Shown here: positions 58,637-64,000 of the stretch, piece by piece
Numbering within the stretch: position 1 is the first letter of the stretch
Layout: each line of letters starts with the position of its first letter
Source: an uncultured Bacilli bacterium
GTDB lineage: Bacteria; Bacillota_I; Bacilli_A; RF39; UBA660
Direction of reading: 5' to 3'
Length of the DNA: 64,000 nucleotides
Assembly: GCA_947631035.1 (NCBI GenBank)
Contig: CANRJW010000001.1
Coordinates: 5,254 to 69,253 of the forward strand
Notes under the pieces: model-generated
The model's database searches: none
What the model was told of the DNA's origin: nothing
Seen by the model: the letters and a program-made list of their open reading frames with translations, nothing else
Translations under genes and position numbers: made by a program

Positions 58637-60829
58637 TTATTTTTCTTTCTTTGCAACATTTCTTAATCGTAAAGCATTACAAACCACACATAAACTCGAT
58701 AACATCATGGCTCCACTAGCAATCATGGGATTAATACTTATTCCTTTATTTTCAAATAGACCCATCGCAATCGGAATCATAAGTAAATTGTAGAAGAAAG
58801 CCCAAAACAAATTTTCTTTAATATTTATTAATGTTTTCTTGCCCGTTTTTAAAAAAGATAGTAGCAGTAGAAGATTATCTTTCGTTAAAATAACAGAAGA
58901 AGAGTTGGTAGCAATATCCGTACTGCCTTTAAAACTTAGCCCAATATCTGCAGTCGTAAGAGAGGGAGCATCATTAATACCATCCCCGACCATCATAACT
59001 TTTTTACCCTCTTGTTGTAATTTTTTTATAAAAGAGGTTTTATCGCTTGGGAGTAAGTCGGCTTCGATATTAGAAATTCCTAATTCTTTACCAATTTGCG
59101 TTGCGGTATTTTTGTTATCACCGGTAAGCATGATTACTTCATACCCACCCTCTTTTAGTCTCTTTATCGTTTCTTTGGCACTTTCTCGTACCACATCTTT
59201 TACACCGATTAAACCTATAATGGTATTTTCCTCGACAACATAAAGAATGCTATTTCCTTCTTTTGTCATTTTTTCTTCGTCTTGTTGATATTTCTCTATG
59301 TTACCCGAAACCATCTTTCGGTTGCCTAAACAATAAGTTTTGTTTTTGATTTTGGCAGTCACACCTTTACCACTTTGTTCTTTATAATGTTCTACTTTTA
59401 ATTCTTTTTGGTAATAGTTTTGAAATGCTTTGGCAATCGGATGCGTAGAAAATTTTTCGATATTGGCAACTAGATTTAATAGTTCACTATCGGTATAGGT
59501 TGAACTATTTTTAATCGTACTTACCTTTAATTTTCCATAAGTAAGTGTTCCGGTTTTATCAAATAAAATGGTGTCAATGTGAGAAGCGATTTCCAAAGTT
59601 TCACTTGTCTTAACTAAAATCCCTTTTTTGGCTAGAGAACCAATCGAAACGACAATCGCAAGAGGGGTTGCAAGACCTAAAGCGCATGGACAAGCAACAA
59701 CTAAAACGGTTACAAAATGAATAAGGGCAGTAGAAATTTCAAATCCAAGAAGAAGATAGATGACAAAAACAAGACTCGCCAAGATAAGAATAAAAGGAAC
59801 AAAAATAGAACTAACCTTATCAGCAACTCTAGAAATAGGCATTTTGGAATTACTAGCTTCTAAAACCAAATGCACCATTTGGGAAATCGTCGACTTTGGT
59901 CCTATCTTTTCCGCTTGGTAAAAAACGACTCCATCGTAGTTAATTGCTCCAGCAACGACTTTATCTCCGACCTTCTTTTTGACTGGTGTCGATTCTCCCG
60001 TAATAAAGGATTCATCAAAATGAGCACTTCCTTGGGTAATGGTTCCATCCACCGCTACTTTCATTCCCGGTTTTACAAGTAGAATATCTCCAACGTTTAC
60101 TAAATCAATGGTCACTTCCTTTTCTCCACCCTTCGTAACTATTAAAGCACTTTCTGGAGTTACTTTAACAAGTTCTTTGATTGCTTCTTTGGTTTTTTCT
60201 TTGCGATTTTTATCAATCGTTCTTCCTAAACCTATAAAGAAAACAATCATACAAACGGATTCAAAATAAAGATGCATAGAAGCATTCGTATCTCCTTTAA
60301 AAAGAAGAAGGAGATTTACCAAACTATAAAGAAAACTGGTAAGCACACCAAGAGAAACGAGTGTATCCATATTGGGATGTCTTTTCTTAAGATTTTTTAA
60401 GCCATTTAATAAAATGTTTTTACCAAATACCAAATACGGAATTGTAAGAAAACATAAAGTTATGGCATAACGAAGTGGATACTTTTCCATATCCAAAAAA
60501 GGAATCACTGGTAAAGAAAGCATATGTCCCATACTTAAATACATAATAAAGAGAAGAAGGATGCCAAGAAAAACTAAATAATAGGGTGTGTTATCTTTTT
60601 TATTTTCTTCTTTTTCATCATAAACGCCACCATATTGATATCCAGAACGTGATATATAATCTATTAAAGTCTCAAGAGATATTGTATCTTCATAGTGAAT
60701 AAGGGCTTGACCAAGAACTAAGTTTACAGAAGCATCTAAAATACCCTCTTGTTTTTGTAAAAACTTTTCCACATGATTCGAGCAAGCACTACAACTCATT
60801 CCATTGACCTTTAAGATAATCTTTTTCAT
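58637..60829 (-). CDS. copA: Copper-translocating P1B-type ATPase
   Basis: N-terminal HMA GMSCSACSNHVEK; CPC in CPCALGLATP; DKTGTLT; GDGINDAP. Confidence 0.9.
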   Translation of the reverse strand: MKKIILKVNGMSCSACSNHVEKFLQKQEGILDASVNLVLGQALIHYEDTISLETLIDYISRSGYQYGGVYDEKEENKKDNTPYYLVFLGILLLFIMYLSMGHMLSLPVIPFLDMEKYPLRYAITLCFLTIPYLVFGKNILLNGLKNLKKRHPNMDTLVSLGVLTSFLYSLVNLLLLFKGDTNASMHLYFESVCMIVFFIGLGRTIDKNRKEKTKEAIKELVKVTPESALIVTKGGEKEVTIDLVNVGDILLVKPGMKVAVDGTITQGSAHFDESFITGESTPVKKKVGDKVVAGAINYDGVVFYQAEKIGPKSTISQMVHLVLEASNSKMPISRVADKVSSIFVPFILILASLVFVIYLLLGFEISTALIHFVTVLVVACPCALGLATPLAIVVSIGSLAKKGILVKTSETLEIASHIDTILFDKTGTLTYGKLKVSTIKNSSTYTDSELLNLVANIEKFSTHPIAKAFQNYYQKELKVEHYKEQSGKGVTAKIKNKTYCLGNRKMVSGNIEKYQQDEEKMTKEGNSILYVVEENTIIGLIGVKDVVRESAKETIKRLKEGGYEVIMLTGDNKNTATQIGKELGISNIEADLLPSDKTSFIKKLQQEGKKVMMVGDGINDAPSLTTADIGLSFKGSTDIATNSSSVILTKDNLLLLLSFLKTGKKTLINIKENLFWAFFYNLLMIPIAMGLFENKGISINPMIASGAMMLSSLCVVCNALRLRNVAKKEK

Positions 60830-60937
60830 GTTTTGAACTCCTTCTTTTTTTTCAAAAAAATTGTACCACTAAAGAAGTTCTTATGCAATTTTTTACCAAA
60901 AAAATAAATGGTTTTTTAGGCCACTTATTTAAAACTC

Positions 60938-61360
60938 TTAGTCTTCTATTTGAATGTATTTTTTCTCTGGTAATTCTTTCTTTTCTTCTTTTTTAGGAAC
61001 TTCTATTTGAAGCATTCCATTTTTGAAAGAGGCTTTAATGTCATCGCTTTGGATATCTTCTCCAACATAAAAACTTCTAGATGCTGAACCAACATATCTT
61101 TCTTTGCGAACAAACTTGCCTTCTTCTTTTTCTTCGTGCTTTGTATCCATTTCTGCATGTACAGTTAAATAACCATCTTCAACATCCAACTTAATGTTTT
61201 CTTTTTGATAACCTGGTAATTCAACATCGATAAGATATTTATCATCCTTTTCTTTAATATCCGTTCTCATAATACGGCTTTCATGCTCTTCAAAAAATGG
61301 ATCAGCAAACATACTATCAAGTAAATCAAATTCGTTTCTTCTTCTAGGTATCATCATCAT
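60938..61360 (-). CDS. Hsp20/alpha-crystallin small heat-shock protein (start at MMMIPRR with AAAGGAAG RBS)
   Basis: alpha-crystallin domain ..YLIDVELPGYQKENIKLDVEDGYLTVHAE....GMLQIEVPK. Confidence 0.85.
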   Translation of the reverse strand: MMMIPRRRNEFDLLDSMFADPFFEEHESRIMRTDIKEKDDKYLIDVELPGYQKENIKLDVEDGYLTVHAEMDTKHEEKEEGKFVRKERYVGSASRSFYVGEDIQSDDIKASFKNGMLQIEVPKKEEKKELPEKKYIQIED

Positions 61361-61456
61361 ATTAATCGACTTCCTTTCATTTTTATGTGTTGACACCATA
61401 AAGCACATATGTAAAAGTCTTTTATTTCTTTTACGAACTTATCGTACCACTTCTTT

Positions 61457-61483
61457 TTAGCACTGTCAATAGTTAAGTGCTAA
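61457..61483. promoter_or_regulatory. CIRCE operator (HrcA binding site) upstream of the Hsp20 gene
   Basis: TTAGCACTG-TCAATAGTT-AAGTGCTAA = 9-9-9 inverted repeat matching the TTAGCACTC-N9-GAGTGCTAA consensus. Confidence 0.8.
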
Positions 61484-61505
61484 TTTTTTATAAAATAGTG
61501 TCAAC

Positions 61506-62174
61506 TTATTTTATAAAATCTTTTTCATAACTCATTTGGATAAAACGATAAATCTCTTTGATGTCCATTCGGCCATCTAGAGGAATCGTAATCCAATGTT
61601 GTTTATTCATATGATACCCTAAAAATATATTTTTATTATCTACAATAAAAGGTATTTTTTCTTTGGGATATTTTAAATCCAAAATATCGATGGGTTCGTC
61701 CTCTTGTTCCCCCAATTTTTGTTTGGAAATTGTCATCATGATTCCATACCACTTTTGATTTTCGGGATGGCGCCATATCGCATTTTCAGGTGCTTTTTCC
61801 CAAAGATATTCTGCTTCATGATGATAAGTCTTTCGAATGTAGTCGATAACTTGTTTGGCCTGGCTACTTTGAAAAACGGAAAAATCAGTGCAAGTTTTTA
61901 CAATGTCTTCTAAAATAGAGGTATACTCTTCTCTTACTTTTCCACTAAAAGAACTCGCATTTTCAAAAACATCCACCAGAATATATTCCTCATTTGTTTC
62001 TAAGTCCATGACTTTAGAAACTTGTTTTTCTTTGGTAATATCGACTTGTACTTGAAAATGATTTAAAATGCTTTTTTCATAAAGGTAATGTTCACTCTGT
62101 TTTGTAAAACCATACTCGATTAATTTATCAAAATTAATATTTTTATTGGCAAATTCTTTCGTTAAATTTCGCAT
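61506..62174 (-). CDS. MmcQ/YjbR-family protein
   Basis: C-terminal ..FLGYHMNKQHWITIPLDG.. resembles the YjbR family HMNKKHW motif. Confidence 0.5.
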   Translation of the reverse strand: MRNLTKEFANKNINFDKLIEYGFTKQSEHYLYEKSILNHFQVQVDITKEKQVSKVMDLETNEEYILVDVFENASSFSGKVREEYTSILEDIVKTCTDFSVFQSSQAKQVIDYIRKTYHHEAEYLWEKAPENAIWRHPENQKWYGIMMTISKQKLGEQEDEPIDILDLKYPKEKIPFIVDNKNIFLGYHMNKQHWITIPLDGRMDIKEIYRFIQMSYEKDFIK

Positions 62175-62186
62175 TGTCCTTATCCT

Positions 62187-62666
62187 CTATTCTTTTATAT
62201 CCAAATGATAAAGACGTTCTATTGGAGAATCTTCTTTAAAGGTTTTTACTTCTTCTACAAAAGTAAAACCAAATTTTTCATACAAGCCGTTATGTTTTGT
62301 ATATAAATAAAGTTCCTTTAAACCTAGTTTTTTAGCATTATCATATACTGTATTTAAAAGCATCTTCCCTATTCCTTTTCCTCTATAAGCTTCATCAACA
62401 TAGACATTAATGAGCCATGGATATAAATCCGGACGACTTTCTAAATCTTCACACATGGAAATTTGATACATCCCAACCGGTTTATTTTCTAGTAAGGCTA
62501 CATAAGTTTGCGGAAGTCTTTCAGTATTTAAAGAATATTCTAAGTTGCACTTTACTTCTTCAAAACTTTTATGATTTCTTATCCCCCACCAATTGTAATT
62601 CCATTCACAAATTTTCGTAAAAATTTCATTATGGCTATCTTCTAAACGTATAATTTGAACTTTCAT
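62187..62666 (-). CDS. GNAT-family N-acetyltransferase
   Basis: VDEAYRGKGIGKMLLNTV acetyl-CoA binding motif. Confidence 0.8.
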   Translation of the reverse strand: MKVQIIRLEDSHNEIFTKICEWNYNWWGIRNHKSFEEVKCNLEYSLNTERLPQTYVALLENKPVGMYQISMCEDLESRPDLYPWLINVYVDEAYRGKGIGKMLLNTVYDNAKKLGLKELYLYTKHNGLYEKFGFTFVEEVKTFKEDSPIERLYHLDIKE

Positions 62667-62680
62667 TTTTATCTTCCTTT

Positions 62681-64000
62681 CTATTTCTGAGATACCATTT
62701 CTTTTTCTAATGCCTCGGCATATTCTTTAAAACTTGAATAAGTAACTTTGGTAAAGAGTTTGTCTAATTGTTTTACTTTTTGATAGAATTTTACAATAGC
62801 ATCCTTTAATCCCCATTGTTCTAACCAATCGTAAAACAAGTCATTGTTTATCAATTTATACAAATCTATAGAAATAGTGTAGCGGTCCTCTTTATAAAAT
62901 TGCTTCTTAAATTTTTCTTTAAAAGTAATAAAAGCTTTTGGTGTAATATAAGCCTCGAAAGAAAAATAACCAAAGAAACACTCAAAAAGTGTATGGGTTT
63001 CTGCCTCAATATAAGAATAGCCACAATTTTCCAGGTCTTTATAATTTAGGCTTTTGAAATGAAGAGTCAAACAAAAAAACTTAAAGAACGCATTTACCAT
63101 GCCTCGTTCATCTTGACCACTTGCATCATTTAAAAAGTGACGAACATAAGATTTCAAGAAATATTCTTTAAATCCTTCACTATCTACTTCAATACCTATT
63201 TTGCAAAATTCATTAAAATAATCGTCAAAAGCAAAACTAATTTGATTCAGTGGAGAATAAGAAAATACCAATTGTTCATAGATTTCTTTTTTATCTTCTT
63301 CCTTGGAAAGTAAAAGCGCAACAGCCATACAATAAATTTGTATACAAGGGTGAACAAAAGAAATCCACTTGCCCTGACGAATAAACAAATCACTATTCAA
63401 AATTTTCTCAAGGTTTTCCTTTTTTAAATTTTTAGTGTATTCGCATCTTTTTAAAGTATCCAAAGTAAAAACCATTTCATTTTCCCAAAGTGTTGCAAAA
63501 CCAATTAATACAACATCGGCAAGAGAAGTCCCTGTTTCTAAATTTTCTTTTTTTAACGCATATAAAATTAAATCCTGGCAAAACAAAGAAACACGTTCTG
63601 CTAATTTAGGATGTTCTTTATAAAAGGATAAAATGAGAGGTAAGGCATCACTTTCTAAAAAAGTTTCTAAGTATTCGTGACTTTCCTCTTGTAATTGGTC
63701 ATATAATTTTTTCTCCGTCTTTTTTATTTTTATCGTTTCTTGTTCTGTAAAATCTTTTTCCATATGTAAATAATGAAGAGCATATTTTTGAATATCTTTT
63801 ACATCTTCTAAAACTTCTGGCTTATCAAATTCTATTTCTAACAATTGGTCTTGTTCATCAAAATAACTATCGGGAAGTTCATAAAATTCTTTTTGTTCTA
63901 ATAATTCTTCATCATCTTTAATAAAGTCGAATAACTCTTCTTCTAGAAGAATCTGCAAATCTCTTAATGCTTGATACCTTTTTTGTTCATAAAAATCTGC
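62681..64000 (-). CDS. Hypothetical acidic protein, 5'-partial (ORF stays open to the window edge; the track start at 63958 is an internal TTG)
   Basis: In-frame reading continues ...ADFYEQKRYQALRDLQILLEEE without a stop up to position 64000. Confidence 0.4.
   Translation of the reverse strand, partial: ADFYEQKRYQALRDLQILLEEELFDFIKDDEELLEQKEFYELPDSYFDEQDQLLEIEFDKPEVLEDVKDIQKYALHYLHMEKDFTEQETIKIKKTEKKLYDQLQEESHEYLETFLESDALPLILSFYKEHPKLAERVSLFCQDLILYALKKENLETGTSLADVVLIGFATLWENEMVFTLDTLKRCEYTKNLKKENLEKILNSDLFIRQGKWISFVHPCIQIYCMAVALLLSKEEDKKEIYEQLVFSYSPLNQISFAFDDYFNEFCKIGIEVDSEGFKEYFLKSYVRHFLNDASGQDERGMVNAFFKFFCLTLHFKSLNYKDLENCGYSYIEAETHTLFECFFGYFSFEAYITPKAFITFKEKFKKQFYKEDRYTISIDLYKLINNDLFYDWLEQWGLKDAIVKFYQKVKQLDKLFTKVTYSSFKEYAEALEKEMVSQK

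Noticed and set aside
60830-60937. CopY/CsoR operator upstream of copA
   Set aside because: Looked for TACAnnTGTA (CopY box) and a GC-rich CsoR-type palindrome; neither is present in the readable promoter region.
1-64000. rRNA, tRNA and tmRNA genes
   Set aside because: No stretch with the expected GC-rich structured character or conserved T-loop/anticodon stem signatures was recognised; the intergenic regions are uniformly AT-rich.

Overview
AT-rich (about 30% GC) low-GC Firmicutes chromosomal segment; the gene content suggests Erysipelotrichia/Bacilli. No rRNA, tRNA or CRISPR array was recognised. The window contains six blocks. (1) Housekeeping core: xfp phosphoketolase; the conserved rimP-nusA-ylxR-infB-rbfA-truB cluster followed by rpsO-pnp on the minus strand, with an Rpn/PD-(D/E)XK transposase-like gene between them and no ribF, ylxQ or ylxP; rpsD with promoter and terminator; leuS behind a T-box leader and a translationally coupled small membrane ORF. 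(2) A cell-envelope island (2.8-13.6 kb): an M23 peptidase, an SigF/B-type sigma factor with a STAS antagonist but no kinase, LCP, PBP5/DacA, VanY, and two paralogous TasA/camelysin-like genes with SipW-type leaders. Each paralog carries a G10 homopolymer in codons 13-16. In the sequence as given, the Shine-Dalgarno-linked ATG of both copies is out of frame with the long ORF, so both look like phase-variable contingency genes in the OFF state. Their C-terminal domains differ: FGE-sulfatase-like in one, ALK-type glycine-rich 'GAQGG' in the other. (3) A type VIIb secretion-like locus (24.4-41.1 kb, minus strand). Its first gene encodes a tandem-WXG100 protein, followed by four small helical or Cys-rich proteins. 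Next comes a 2074-aa multi-domain polymorphic-toxin candidate with an N-terminal helical LXG-like region, glycine-rich PT-TG-like segments, a duplicated ~150-aa domain, an HEMGH zincin motif and a C-terminal transglutaminase-like Cys-His-Asp domain. An overlapping small ORF, a minimal protein-kinase-like gene, a zinc-ribbon membrane protein, a YukD/EsaB-like gene and EssC (FtsK/SpoIIIE ATPase) follow. No EsaA, EssA or EssB is present in the window. An intact single-ORF IS66-family element (1791 bp, imperfect terminal inverted repeats, perfect 8-bp TTTTGTTT target duplication) sits 80 bp upstream of the toxin gene and rewrites the last codons of the preceding small gene. (4) An LPXTG-type surface protein, a second Rpn-like gene, a GH31 alpha-glucosidase/xylosidase, a TIGR01212 radical-SAM protein, a GH25 lysozyme, an MBOAT + SGNH pair, a thioredoxin lipoprotein, an XRE regulator and a CsaA tRNA-binding protein. 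(5) A BhlA-like and holin-like small-membrane-protein pair next to a Fic protein. (6) A CopA P-type ATPase, an Hsp20 gene with a canonical CIRCE operator, an MmcQ/YjbR protein and a GNAT acetyltransferase. Partial genes lie at both window edges.
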